The notes beneath the pieces were generated by a model, which saw only the letters and a program-made list of their open reading frames with translations, was not told the DNA's origin and searched no databases. From positions 9,613 to 73,612 of the forward strand of contig CAKQRZ010000009.1 of NCBI GenBank assembly GCA_934271715.1: 64,000 bases of DNA. Direction: 5' to 3'. This DNA is from an uncultured Alphaproteobacteria bacterium. Its GTDB lineage: Bacteria; Pseudomonadota; Alphaproteobacteria; RF32; CAG-239. Within the stretch, counting starts at the first letter, position 1. The number at the start of each line of letters is the position of its first letter. This document shows, in pieces, positions 1 to 9,490 of this stretch. The position numbers were made by a program, and so were the translations under genes.

Positions 1-195
1 ACCACAGAAGTTGTTTTGCAAAGTTTCAATAGTGTGTTGGTTATGCTGGATTCTAAAAACGGCGGCGGCGACAGCGTTCCTGCCGGTGGTAACGATGTTT
101 TCTCATCTGCTCCGGCTGCAGGCGGCACATCTTCTGGCTGGGATAACAGCGCGGCTTCTGCTCCGTCAGATTTGGATGACGATATTCCGTTTTAA
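1..195 (+). CDS. ssb: Single-stranded DNA-binding protein, 3' end (partial; gene begins upstream of the window)
   Basis: In-frame translation ends ...GGTSSGWDNSAASAPSDLDDDIPF*. A Gly/Ser-rich linker followed by the acidic DDDIPF tail is the SSB C-terminal hallmark. Confidence 0.75.
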   Translation, partial: TTEVVLQSFNSVLVMLDSKNGGGDSVPAGGNDVFSSAPAAGGTSSGWDNSAASAPSDLDDDIPF

Positions 196-271
196 TGAGG
201 GGATTTATCCCAAGGGACTTCGGATTTTGCCGTCCGGAGTTTCTTTGTTTTAAATAGTGCGAGGTAAAAGT

Positions 272-1360
272 ATGAAAGTTTTGGTTGGTTTAAGCGGCGG
301 TGTGGATTCTTCGGTTACGGCTTGTTTGTTAAAGCAGCAGGGGTATGAAGTGATTGGCGTCACTATGTCTATTTGGGATAAAAACACGCATTTCAGCGGT
401 GATGCCCACGCCGATTCCTGCTTTTCGCCGCACGAGGAACAAGACATTGAGGCGGCGCGCGCATTGTGCCAAAAAATCGGGATTCCGTATTATGTTTTAG
501 ATTGTTCCGCCCGCTATAAACAGATGGTGCTGGAAAATTTCAAGCATGAATATAAGGCAGGACGCACGCCGAACCCGTGTGTTATGTGCAATTCATATAT
601 CAAATTTAACGCTCTGCCGGAAGAAGCTGCGGCGCAGGGTATTGCTTTTGACAAGTTTGCAACCGGACACTATGCGCAGGTTTGCTTTGATGAAAACCGC
701 GACCGCTATGTGATTAAGCGCGGTTTAGACCATACTAAAGACCAGTCGTATTTTTTGTATCGCCTGAACCAAGACCAGCTGTCGCGGGTTTTAATGCCGC
801 TGGGCGGACTGACTAAAAAACGGGTGCGCGAGCTGGCGCGCGAGTTTGGTCTGGAGGTTTCCGACAAACCGGACAGTCAGGATTTTTATACCGGCGATAT
901 CAACGATATTTTGCAAAATGAACCGCAGGTCGGCAATTTTGTCACCCGGGACGGACGCGTTTTAGGTCAGCATCAGGGAATTTGGCACTATACGGTCGGT
1001 CAGCGCCGCGGTATGGGCATAGCTGCCGAACGTCCGCTTTATGTGCTGGGCTTCAATAAGGATAAAAATGAAGTTATTGTCGGTTTTGAGGAGGAATGCG
1101 AGCGCTCCGGCTTGATAGCTGCAGATTTATGCGGAGAAGTCGCCGCTTTGTCTGAGCCTTTGGAATGCGAGGCCAAAATACGCTCATCGCAGCAGCCGAC
1201 ACCGGTCAAAGTGACGCCGTTGCCGGACGGTAAAATAGAGGTGCGTTTTTATGCTAAGCAAAAGGCTATTGCTCCGGGGCAGTCGGTTGTTTTTTATCAT
1301 AAAAACAGCGATACGGATGAAGTTTTGCTCGGCGGCGGTATTATAGATTCTAATATGTAA
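272..1360 (+). CDS. mnmA: tRNA-specific 2-thiouridylase MnmA
   Basis: MKVLVGLSGGVDSSVTACLL PP-loop, then the conserved MnmA C-terminal domain. Start chosen at 272 (GAGG RBS) rather than the ORF-track 257. Confidence 0.85.
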   Translation: MKVLVGLSGGVDSSVTACLLKQQGYEVIGVTMSIWDKNTHFSGDAHADSCFSPHEEQDIEAARALCQKIGIPYYVLDCSARYKQMVLENFKHEYKAGRTPNPCVMCNSYIKFNALPEEAAAQGIAFDKFATGHYAQVCFDENRDRYVIKRGLDHTKDQSYFLYRLNQDQLSRVLMPLGGLTKKRVRELAREFGLEVSDKPDSQDFYTGDINDILQNEPQVGNFVTRDGRVLGQHQGIWHYTVGQRRGMGIAAERPLYVLGFNKDKNEVIVGFEEECERSGLIAADLCGEVAALSEPLECEAKIRSSQQPTPVKVTPLPDGKIEVRFYAKQKAIAPGQSVVFYHKNSDTDEVLLGGGIIDSNM

Positions 1361-1776
1361 ACTGTGGCAGCTCATCTCCAAGGGCTGAATAATACCTTAG
1401 TTTTAAGACTGTTGAAAAGCGGCGGATAAGGCTTAAATATTAAAGTGTTCAAGATGTACTCGGCAGGTGTTTTTAAGCAATTAAATTCTAAGCTGAGGTT
1501 TTGAACCCCGAGTTCAAAATACGGCGTAAAAAAATTTAAGCGATTAAATGCTTTTACAATGTAAAGCGAACACGGCAGGCCTTATGATTTGATGTATTGT
1601 AAAAGTATTTGATTGTAAACAATGCGTTTTCAAACAGCCTTTTAGAAGCACAAATAAAGGTAGCAGAGCCGAAGAAAGCCAAAGATTATGCTTTGGCTTT
1701 CTATTGGTGTTAAACTTGCGATAAATAATTGACATCAGGCAAAGCTGGTTTATATTCAAATAAAAAGGAGCCGTAA

Positions 1777-2286
1777 ATGAAAAATGTTTTGATTTATATT
1801 TTGTTTGGCTTGGCGTTTTGCCCGAATGTTTCTGCCGCCAAAGAAAAGATTTTAACCAGCGACAATATCAGCTGCAACAGCAGCAATACCTATTGCACCA
1901 GCCAAAACGGACGCCCGCTTACCGGTAAAGTTTCGCGCTATAACAGCGAAGAAAAAGCTCTGTCCAACTATCAAAACGGTTATCTCAGCGGCTTAACGAC
2001 AATCTGGAATGCCGACGGGCAGATTATCCGCAAAACCTATTATAAAAACGGCGAAAAAAATGGGGTGGAAAAATTATTTTATGATAATTATACCGCATAT
2101 TCTTCGGCTGAATATAAAGACGGCAAATTGCATGGACGTGTTGACTATTACACCGAAAAAGGCAAGCTGAAAGGGCGTTTAAGCTACAAGAACGGCTATT
2201 TTGAAAAAGGCTATTGTGTGGTAAACGGGCAAAAGCAAGACCTTAAAGCCGTCCGCACAACCGAACTTTTATCTTGCGGGGACTGA
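1777..2286 (+). CDS. Secreted MORN-repeat-variant protein
   Basis: Signal peptide MKNVLIYILFGLAFCPNVSA; repeated YxNG.K.G units (YKNGEKNGVEKLFYDN, YKDGKLHGRVDYYTEKGKL, YKNGYFEKGY). Confidence 0.5.
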   Translation: MKNVLIYILFGLAFCPNVSAAKEKILTSDNISCNSSNTYCTSQNGRPLTGKVSRYNSEEKALSNYQNGYLSGLTTIWNADGQIIRKTYYKNGEKNGVEKLFYDNYTAYSSAEYKDGKLHGRVDYYTEKGKLKGRLSYKNGYFEKGYCVVNGQKQDLKAVRTTELLSCGD

Positions 2287-3143
2287 TGAAAACAGGCTTG
2301 GTTTTAGAGGGTGGAGCGCAAAGAGCTATATATTCTGCCGGAGTGCTGGACGTTTTTATGGAAAACGGCATAACTTTTGACGGTGTTGTCGGTGTTTCCG
2401 CCGGAGCTATTCACGGCTGCTCGTATGTCGCCGGACAGCGCCGCCGCAGCATTGACTACACGCTGGCCTACGCCGGAAATAAAAACTATATGAGCTGGTA
2501 TTCATTTTTCACGACCGGAAATATTGTTAATGAAGAATTTTGTTACCACACTTTGCCGGAAAAACTTTTTCCGTTTGACCATAAGAGCTTTGAGGCCAGC
2601 AGCATGGATTTTTACGCAGTTTGCAGCAACTTGGAAACAGGGCAGGCGGAATATATTAAGTGCAGAAAAATGGATAAAACCGGCTTGGTGTATGTGCGTG
2701 CGTCGGCGTCTATGCCGTTTGTTTCGCAAATTTCCGAAGTTAACGGGAAAAAATATTTGGATGGCGGAATTTGCGACAGCATTCCTTTGCGCGCGTTTCA
2801 AAAAATGGGCTATGAACGATGCGTGGTGGTGCAGACCAGAGCCGCCGGATACCAAAAAAAGCCAAATAAGCTGGGGTGGCTGGCGCCGCTGGTGTATCGC
2901 AAATATCCAAAGTTTGCCGCCGCCATAAGAAATAGGCATATAATGTATAACAATGAGCTGGAGCAGATTGAACTGGCGCAAAAAAACGGCGCGGCGTTTG
3001 TTATCCGCCCGAGTAAAAACGTAAGGATTCATCATATGGAAAATAATAAACAAGTTTTGCAAACGGTCTATGACCTTGGCCGCAGCGATGCTTTAGCTTT
3101 GCTGCCGCAGTTGCAGAAATTTTTGAAAGAGGCGAAAAAATAA
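2286..3143 (+). CDS. Patatin-like phospholipase
   Basis: GGAQRAIYSAGVLD oxyanion motif and GVSAGA (GxSxG) nucleophile elbow. The ATG overlaps the upstream stop (tgATGa). Confidence 0.75.
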   Translation: MKTGLVLEGGAQRAIYSAGVLDVFMENGITFDGVVGVSAGAIHGCSYVAGQRRRSIDYTLAYAGNKNYMSWYSFFTTGNIVNEEFCYHTLPEKLFPFDHKSFEASSMDFYAVCSNLETGQAEYIKCRKMDKTGLVYVRASASMPFVSQISEVNGKKYLDGGICDSIPLRAFQKMGYERCVVVQTRAAGYQKKPNKLGWLAPLVYRKYPKFAAAIRNRHIMYNNELEQIELAQKNGAAFVIRPSKNVRIHHMENNKQVLQTVYDLGRSDALALLPQLQKFLKEAKK

Positions 3144-3973
3144 TGCAGAATTTTACCTATCACACCCACAACCGCGAACAGAATTTTGACGGACACCAAA
3201 GCGCCGAAACCATGATTGCCGCAGCCGAAGAAAAAGGCTTTGCGGAAATCGGAGTTTCAAATCACTTGATATGTCATAAAAACCTGCAGATAGAAAACGG
3301 CTGGCAACCGATGTTTTTTCAGGATTTTCAAAGCGGCGGGGAGTGTTATAAAAAGCATATTGAGCTGATACGGCAAGCAGCGGAAAAGCATAATATAAAA
3401 GTGCGTGTCGGTTTTGAGGTGGATTTTTTCCCGTCGGCGTATTGGCGTGATAATTTTGAAAAAATGCTCAAGCATTTAGATGTTGACTACCTCATCGGCT
3501 CCACGCATTTTATCCGTTCAGCGGATGAGAGCTTTTTGTGCAATATCTATCACATGAAGTATCATCCGGATTTGCCGCAGCAGCCGGAATTTAAGGAATA
3601 TATGCGCAATTATTGGCGCAACATTGTCGCAGCGATTGAAAGCGGCTATTTTACTTTTATCGCCCACATTGACTATATTACGATTTTTAAATTGTGCGTT
3701 GAGCCGGAATGGGACGAGTATAAATGGCGGATTATTGAGGCGCTGGAAAAGCATAAGCAGCCGTTTGAACTGAACACCAGCGGCTATAACCGCATAGATA
3801 TGCAGCATCCGGCGACATGGATGCTGGAAGAATTGAGTAAACGCGGCGTTCCGGTTATTATCAGCGATGACGCGCACGATGTTTCTATGCTGGGACAGCA
3901 CTTTGAACGTGCCGAAAAACTGCTTGCAGATATCGGTTACACCAGCCGTTTTAATCCGTTTAAGGTAAAATAA
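3143..3973 (+). CDS. PHP-family histidinol-phosphatase-like metal-dependent phosphoesterase
   Basis: HTHNREQNFDGH...GVSNHL PHP His motifs. Start overlaps the patatin stop (taATG), so the two are translationally coupled. Confidence 0.6.
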   Translation: MQNFTYHTHNREQNFDGHQSAETMIAAAEEKGFAEIGVSNHLICHKNLQIENGWQPMFFQDFQSGGECYKKHIELIRQAAEKHNIKVRVGFEVDFFPSAYWRDNFEKMLKHLDVDYLIGSTHFIRSADESFLCNIYHMKYHPDLPQQPEFKEYMRNYWRNIVAAIESGYFTFIAHIDYITIFKLCVEPEWDEYKWRIIEALEKHKQPFELNTSGYNRIDMQHPATWMLEELSKRGVPVIISDDAHDVSMLGQHFERAEKLLADIGYTSRFNPFKVK

Positions 3974-3979
3974 AGCTGT

Positions 3980-4915
3980 TTATTTCTTTGGCTCTAAGAA
4001 TTTTATAACGGCGTTTTGGACTGCTTCAAACAGGCGAGGGGTGGAGTGACCGCTGCCGGCGTTGATAATCAGCTTGGAATTAGGCAAGGCTTGGTGCAAG
4101 TCCCAAGCTTGCTTTACCGGACAGCAGAAGTCCAAACGGTTGTGGACAATCAGCGTCGGTATATGCTTTATTTTAGCAGCGTTTTGCAAAATTTGATTAA
4201 CGCCTAAAAAGTATTTATGCTCTTCAAAATAAAAAGCAATGCGCGCGGCCTGCAATTCGGAATAATCCAGAGTTTCCGGCTCGCGGAATTTAGGCGCAAG
4301 GCGTCCGAGCATATATTCATAGCTGCCTAAATAAGTCAAAGCTTTCAGATAATCTTTAGGATTTTTAGAAAACAGCAAGCGGCGGTAAACCGGATAAATG
4401 TCGCTGCGATGAACTTTTTTACGCATTTCCGCCCATAAATCCGGATAAAAGCGCTCGCTTTCCGAACTAACCCAAGCCGTGTCATAGGGGCGGGCTAAAA
4501 ACACGGAACTGATAATAATCTTAGATGTTTTCTGCGGATAAGCTTCGGCGAACAGCAGCGCTAAGGTGGAACCCCACGAGGCGCCGTGAACAATCAGCGG
4601 CTGATTTATTCCCAGATATTCCAGCAGGCGTGAGGCGTCAGACAGGGCGGCTTCCGTGTTGTTATTGCGTAAAAAATCCTGTGCTTCGGATTTTCCGCAG
4701 CCGCGCTGGTCAAATTGGATAAAGCGATATTTGCAGAGGTTAAACAGTTTTGCATATTTAGGGCGGGACGAGCCTCCGGGGCCGCCGTGGAAAGACAGCA
4801 CCGGCACACCGACCGGATTGCCGTATTGGTAATAATGTATTTTATGTCCGTCTTTTTCCGGCAAAAAGCCTTCGCTATAAGGTTTGGGCATACGATTAAA
4901 AATATTCCACCACAT
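3980..4915 (-). CDS. pip: Proline iminopeptidase (alpha/beta hydrolase, S33)
   Basis: HGGPGGSS oxyanion motif and GASWGSTLAL nucleophile elbow, typical of prolyl aminopeptidases. Confidence 0.75.
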   Translation of the reverse strand: MWWNIFNRMPKPYSEGFLPEKDGHKIHYYQYGNPVGVPVLSFHGGPGGSSRPKYAKLFNLCKYRFIQFDQRGCGKSEAQDFLRNNNTEAALSDASRLLEYLGINQPLIVHGASWGSTLALLFAEAYPQKTSKIIISSVFLARPYDTAWVSSESERFYPDLWAEMRKKVHRSDIYPVYRRLLFSKNPKDYLKALTYLGSYEYMLGRLAPKFREPETLDYSELQAARIAFYFEEHKYFLGVNQILQNAAKIKHIPTLIVHNRLDFCCPVKQAWDLHQALPNSKLIINAGSGHSTPRLFEAVQNAVIKFLEPKK

Positions 4916-5102
4916 AGGCGCCTCCTAAAAAATTATATTTAGAATATAGATAATTTATTTAAGGTGCAAGCAGAAAATAAAACTGCATTTAAAGAAAAAT
5001 ATGATATATTTTCTTTTTAATAATAAATTTAAAAGAAAATGCTTGACTTTAAAAGATTTTTATATTATATAGCAAGTATCATCTAATTTAATATCAAATT
5101 TA

Positions 5103-5996
5103 ATGAAATGGAATAAGAATATGACTATACATACAGGAAATTTTATATACGGATTATCTCCGATTAAAAGAGAAGATCCAGAAGACAGGCAGAGCGAGTG
5201 GTATTATCTTGACCCTCGCAATGCCTCAACTTTTTCAGATTTCAAAAAAATAGACGTGCCGAGTCAAAACACGCCAAACCCATACGCAAAAGAAATTCAG
5301 AGCTATATTTTTAAAACAAACCCTGAAGTTTATAAAATCTTATATGGAAACGCCGAACCGGAGTCTGCACAGAATAATCAGCAGCCGCAGGCGGCGCAGA
5401 CAGAAAACAGCGGAAACATTCCAAGTTTTTCTGAACAAAATGCTAATAATATTTTTCCTCAGCCGCAAAGCGCGGTCGGGCAGGCTGTTCATAACAATGT
5501 TACGCAGCAACCGGCTAATGGAATTATAAAAACTCAACCAGAAGATAATTCTACATTACAGGTAATGAAGGAAAATTCACTAATTTTTGGTAATAAAGAA
5601 CCTCAAACAACATTGCAATCTATAGAGGATATTTTAAAACAAGAAAAAACTTTAACTTCATTGCCTAATCCTCAAAAATTTACAGTACCTGAAATAGCAA
5701 AAGATAGTGCAAAAAGTTTTGTTCAGGGATCTGTTGGAACTGTTGAGCATGTTGTTAATGATTTTACTAGAGATGCTTATAATGTGATAAATTCGGCTTT
5801 TTTAGATGGCTCGTACAAACAGCGTCAAGAGGAGTTGCGGCAATTAGCTAAGAGTTCTAATTTAGAAGGATGGTTTGACTTTGCTAATTGGGTTGCTTCT
5901 AATTCAGCAAAAATTGCTGCAACTTTATATTTGAAGAAAATAAAAGACCCTGCTTTATATATTTATGACAAAATAACTCATTTAAAACCTCTTTAA
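5103..5996 (+). CDS. Hypothetical Q/N-rich protein (AT-rich island)
   Basis: ORF with a low-complexity Gln/Asn/Pro central region and no signal peptide. GC is well below the window average. Confidence 0.4.
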   Translation: MKWNKNMTIHTGNFIYGLSPIKREDPEDRQSEWYYLDPRNASTFSDFKKIDVPSQNTPNPYAKEIQSYIFKTNPEVYKILYGNAEPESAQNNQQPQAAQTENSGNIPSFSEQNANNIFPQPQSAVGQAVHNNVTQQPANGIIKTQPEDNSTLQVMKENSLIFGNKEPQTTLQSIEDILKQEKTLTSLPNPQKFTVPEIAKDSAKSFVQGSVGTVEHVVNDFTRDAYNVINSAFLDGSYKQRQEELRQLAKSSNLEGWFDFANWVASNSAKIAATLYLKKIKDPALYIYDKITHLKPL

Positions 5997-6058
5997 CTTG
6001 ACTTGTATTTTTATATAAAGTATCATAGTAGGTGTTTTAGATATAAAATGCCTACTAT

Positions 6059-6571
6059 ATGTTTATTGAGAGTATAAATATGGATAAATACTTTACAAAG
6101 TTGCAAGATAAAATATTTTGTGTGCTGCAATTATTTTCTTTTAGAGGGAAATATGACAGCAATATGTTTTGGCAGGTCGTTTTATATACATTATTGATAG
6201 TGCTTATCCCGACAAAATTTATGAATACCTATGCTTTTTTTGTCGGCGGACTTTTTTGCTTTTATATTATACTTGCTGCCTATCAAAAGCGTTTGCGTTA
6301 TATGGGAAGAAAAGGCACTTGGCATATCATTATTTTGTCTGCTTATGCAATATGGTGTTTTTTGAGTATTTTACTGCCGGAAAATAAATTTATTCAAGAT
6401 GATAAGGGGTTGCCATTTATTATATTTGCCTTTAGTTTTGCCGAATTGGAAGGAACAAAAACGCCGGAGAATGATAAAGATATTTCTAATCCGCTTTTGC
6501 GCTATCCGTTTTTATATTTTGCTTGTTTTGTCAGCGTAACTGCGTTGTTGTGGTATTTGCTTTCAATGTGA
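6059..6571 (+). CDS. Hypothetical membrane protein
   Basis: About four hydrophobic helices; AT-rich. Confidence 0.4.
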   Translation: MFIESINMDKYFTKLQDKIFCVLQLFSFRGKYDSNMFWQVVLYTLLIVLIPTKFMNTYAFFVGGLFCFYIILAAYQKRLRYMGRKGTWHIIILSAYAIWCFLSILLPENKFIQDDKGLPFIIFAFSFAELEGTKTPENDKDISNPLLRYPFLYFACFVSVTALLWYLLSM

Positions 6572-6579
6572 GGTTAAAG

Positions 6580-7017
6580 ATGAAATATATTTTGGTGCTG
6601 CTTAGCTTTTTGTATGTTGTTCCGGCTTATGCAATGGAAAAGTCCGAATGCTTGAAAAAGGTTGAAAGTTTGGATATTGAACTAAACAGATGTTCTATCA
6701 ATATGCCTGAAAATGCGGAATCTACAGCTGAAATGAACGAGGCTCATTATAAATATATTGACTGTCTGACAGCGGCGGCTGATAAATTGTTTGATGCAAT
6801 GTATCAGCATAGCAATAAGCAGGTAAAAGAAAATTTTAATAAACTGGTTGAAGCAGTATATGCAATGTCGCATGATATAAATGAACATAGCGATATTACT
6901 GAAAACATTGGAGGATCAATGCGGACTACCGAAGCTTTGAGCGAGGCGGAATACTGGATTAAGCAGCTTGTGAAAAACTATATTAAAAGTGCAAAAGCTG
7001 ACTGTTTGGAAATGTAG
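6580..7017 (+). CDS. Hypothetical secreted protein
   Basis: RBS gaggttaaag, then MKYILVLLSFLYVVPAYA signal peptide. The ORF-track start at 6523 is in the RBS region. Confidence 0.5.
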   Translation: MKYILVLLSFLYVVPAYAMEKSECLKKVESLDIELNRCSINMPENAESTAEMNEAHYKYIDCLTAAADKLFDAMYQHSNKQVKENFNKLVEAVYAMSHDINEHSDITENIGGSMRTTEALSEAEYWIKQLVKNYIKSAKADCLEM

Positions 7018-7300
7018 AAATTATAAAAGATGAGGTTCATATAAACCTCATCTTTTATAATCATCTAAGATAAAGACGGAAAAGAAGCGCCTAAAGATCT
7101 TTCAGATGATAAAAGAAAATGGGAATATCTTTGGAAATATGCCAGAGCAAAAGATGTTGAAAAAATAGCAGGCAATTTACATGTGCTTGGAAAGGGAAAG
7201 CAAAATGAAAAAAGAAATAACTGGAGAATAGATACGGCGTTAAAAGGGTATTTTAAGAAATAAATATAGATTAGGGGCAATAAATTTTAGTTTATTGAAC

Positions 7301-8086
7301 CTAATTTTCTAATATATTTACTTTTTCAGAAGATATAATTCTGTAAAGTTTTATAGTATATGGTTTTGAAGCTATCGGTCCATGTAAATCAATTTCCAAA
7401 GCCGCTCTATATTTATCATTTTCAAAGACATAATAATCAGCAGATAATCTAAATCTCCAATCTTTTTTATATTTACCGTTTTCAATAACAATATCCGGTT
7501 TTTTATCCATAGTTTTATTGTGCCAAGCAACAAAACGATAAACTCCATCACTATCATATTTATCTGTTATATTATCAACCCGCATCAGCCAATCTTTGTA
7601 TTTAAATACTGAAATGTTGCTTTTGTAAGGTTTCAGTTTGGAATATAATTTTTCATTGCTTTCAGATTTTAAAATTTGAACTTCGTCAGAAATAAGCGGT
7701 TCATAAACTGAAAATGTGTAATTTCCCTCTTTGTCATCTTCTCTTAAAATATAGTGTTGATTATTATAAATTGCTTCGTAATAATAAAGATTATATTTTT
7801 CCTCATCATGTATATCATAATCATAAAATTTTGTTGTTTTGGTTAAAATATCTGGTTTGTCAGACATATTTTTACCATTTTCCCAAAGAGCTAGTCTATC
7901 GTGAAAATATGGGTCTGCTTCAGCCTCAAGTCCTTCCATATTATCTATACGCCCAAAGTGGGTCGGAGTTTGAAAAATTAACTCATTGTGATGATATGGC
8001 AGCAAAGCCGGATAAAGTTCTTCTTTAGCTGCAGCGTTGTGGTTAAAACATATAAATGCAATGAGAATTATCAGTAATTTTTTCAT
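7301..8086 (-). CDS. Hypothetical secreted protein
   Basis: Signal peptide MKKLLIILIAFICFNHNAAA; AT-rich; no recognisable domain. Confidence 0.45.
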   Translation of the reverse strand: MKKLLIILIAFICFNHNAAAKEELYPALLPYHHNELIFQTPTHFGRIDNMEGLEAEADPYFHDRLALWENGKNMSDKPDILTKTTKFYDYDIHDEEKYNLYYYEAIYNNQHYILREDDKEGNYTFSVYEPLISDEVQILKSESNEKLYSKLKPYKSNISVFKYKDWLMRVDNITDKYDSDGVYRFVAWHNKTMDKKPDIVIENGKYKKDWRFRLSADYYVFENDKYRAALEIDLHGPIASKPYTIKLYRIISSEKVNILEN

Positions 8087-8261
8087 TGTAATCTCCAGAT
8101 TTTTTTTTATGAGTTTAGCAAGTCTGACAGTAAATGCAAGATATTCTTATAAAAAATTATAGTTTTAGTTGACGCAATGACAAATATATATTATCAATTT
8201 AAAAAATGAGGGAAAAATGAAATATATTTTAGTAATGCTTAGCTTTTATTTAGAACTGTAA

Positions 8262-8290
8262 ATAGATATCCTCCAGTAGGCTGGAGGATA
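8262..8290. terminator. Hairpin terminator downstream of the pilin gene at 8295
   Basis: gatatcctccagtaggctggaggatatc is a 12-bp perfect stem placed immediately after the minus-strand stop. Confidence 0.5.
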
Positions 8291-8294
8291 TCTG

Positions 8295-8948
8295 CTAAAA
8301 TCTTATGCCGATATTGCATTCTCCGTCTAAACCATCGCAAAATTTGCACATCGCCTGAAAATCTGAAAGTGTGGACGAGGCTATACATTTTCGGTCTTTC
8401 GTACCGCAATATTTAGCGCCGTAACGGGTTGTTCCAGACCAATCATTTGCTGAATTAGCAACAGTAACGCGGAATAGCTCCGAACTTAGCGGCAAGGCGA
8501 GGTTATTCAATAATTCCGTGCATAGCTTAACCGAAAAGTTTACGCTTACCGACGCACCGCTTTCATTTTTAGTGGTTCCGCCTAAATACATATCAAAAGA
8601 TAGGAGTTCGCCGTTCAAAAGATAGGCAGCTACGTTATTTCCCTGAGAATCCTTATACCATATCTTGCTTTGTTTAACCCAGCTCTCTGGCACCATATTC
8701 ATTGCCGCCATAGTATCTGCGAGAAATACCTGATTTTGCGGATTAGAACGTAACAGATTGTCTTTATGCTCCAGCAGCTGAAAAATAACATTGCTGTATT
8801 CTTCCACCAATTTATTAACTTTAAACTTCTCCATAGCCTTGGAGTAACCGGCGATACCACCGACACTTAACACACCGATAATCGCCAGCACTCCCAGCAT
8901 TTCTATCATGCTGCGGCCAAAGGAATTTGCGCCTCTAGCACCCGTCAT
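8295..8948 (-). CDS. Type IV pilin-like protein with Cys-rich C-terminus (paralogue 1)
   Basis: MTGARGANSFG|RSMIEMLGVLAIIGVLSVGGIAGYSKAMEKFK prepilin-type N-terminus; C-terminal CKFCDGLDGECNIGIRF. The ORF stays open in frame upstream to 9395 through the GC-rich modules. Confidence 0.75.
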   Translation of the reverse strand: MTGARGANSFGRSMIEMLGVLAIIGVLSVGGIAGYSKAMEKFKVNKLVEEYSNVIFQLLEHKDNLLRSNPQNQVFLADTMAAMNMVPESWVKQSKIWYKDSQGNNVAAYLLNGELLSFDMYLGGTTKNESGASVSVNFSVKLCTELLNNLALPLSSELFRVTVANSANDWSGTTRYGAKYCGTKDRKCIASSTLSDFQAMCKFCDGLDGECNIGIRF

Positions 8949-9440
8949 ACTAGGCCCTGTGCCTAGTATCTTGTGGCACCAAGGGCGTGGCAATCCAGAA
9001 CCCTCGCCCCGTGAGGGAGAGGGGGACGCCTTGGCGTCGGGTGAGTGGTACTTAAAGAACGAGCAAAAGGCACTAGACAAGCGTTCCCGGCACCAGCCTG
9101 AAACGTCATACTTGTTGCCACACCCCACAGGCTGTGGCAGACGAGTATCCATGACTTTGTTGCTGTAAGCAACGCTTTTTTGTTTACTTGCCACCAGAGA
9201 GAACCCGCGTCCCCGGCACCAGTCATTCTTGGGTTTATCCCAAGAATCTTCTCTCAATAGGCACTTATTTAATAAGGCTAATTTATTGACTAGGTTAGAT
9301 ACTTGTTGCCAGAAGATTCTAGGCACAGGGCCTAGAATGACTGGTGCTAGGGACGCTAGCTTAGTGTTTGTTGTGGTGTTTGTGTTACCCCTCACCCGGA
9401 GCGCTGCTCCGACCTCTCCCTCAAGGGGCGAGGCTGTCAG
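8949..9440. repeat. GC-rich palindromic leader modules (modules C1, D, C2), with an inverted second C1+D copy at 9297-9440
   Basis: ctaggccctgtgcctag hairpin, gacgccttggcgtc palindrome, ccctcgccccgtgagggagaggg hairpin, and the block encoding MDTRLPQPVGCGNKYDVSG. 8935-8990 and 9297-9356 are about 85% identical in inverted orientation. Confidence 0.7.
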
Positions 9441-9490
9441 TTTGCTTCTGTGCGTGTTATTTCTGAATATATCATTTTTTCTGCCAAACC

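Noticed and set aside
2502-3062. Minus-strand ORFs inside the patatin, PFOR, pheT, proS, Uup, EttA and other genes (for example 2502-3062, 2524-2928, 17392-18204, 19399-19995, 20380-21009, 23053-23823, 24046-26246, 36238-37042, 44298-45479)
   Set aside because: They fully overlap well-supported genes on the other strand or frame, lack RBSs and have no motifs. They are typical antisense ORF artefacts.
8935-9000. Module C1 as a c-di-GMP-I (GEMM) riboswitch, based on GCACAGGGC-like and GACG..GCAAA-like strings
   Set aside because: Only short matches. The two-hairpin GEMM architecture with a GNRA tetraloop and receptor could not be reconstructed. Left for an Infernal scan.
8295-9395. ORF-track N-terminal extensions of pilin genes (MRGNTNTTTNTK... 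at 8295-9395, MSICVAVGNK... at 21718-22617, MDAVRQ... at 61202-61978), and the antisense ORFs 8908-9168, 8963-9226, 9229-9576, 22241-22798, 22401-22628, 30624-30806, 62385-62906 and 62474-62668
   Set aside because: All lie in the GC-rich palindromic modules, where stop codons are rare on both strands. Several begin at GTG/TTG with no RBS. The conserved prepilin leaders start later, at MTG.RG, MYKN or MNFL. These are treated as non-genic or leader sequence rather than independent proteins. Possible in-frame translation of the modules is covered as a finding.
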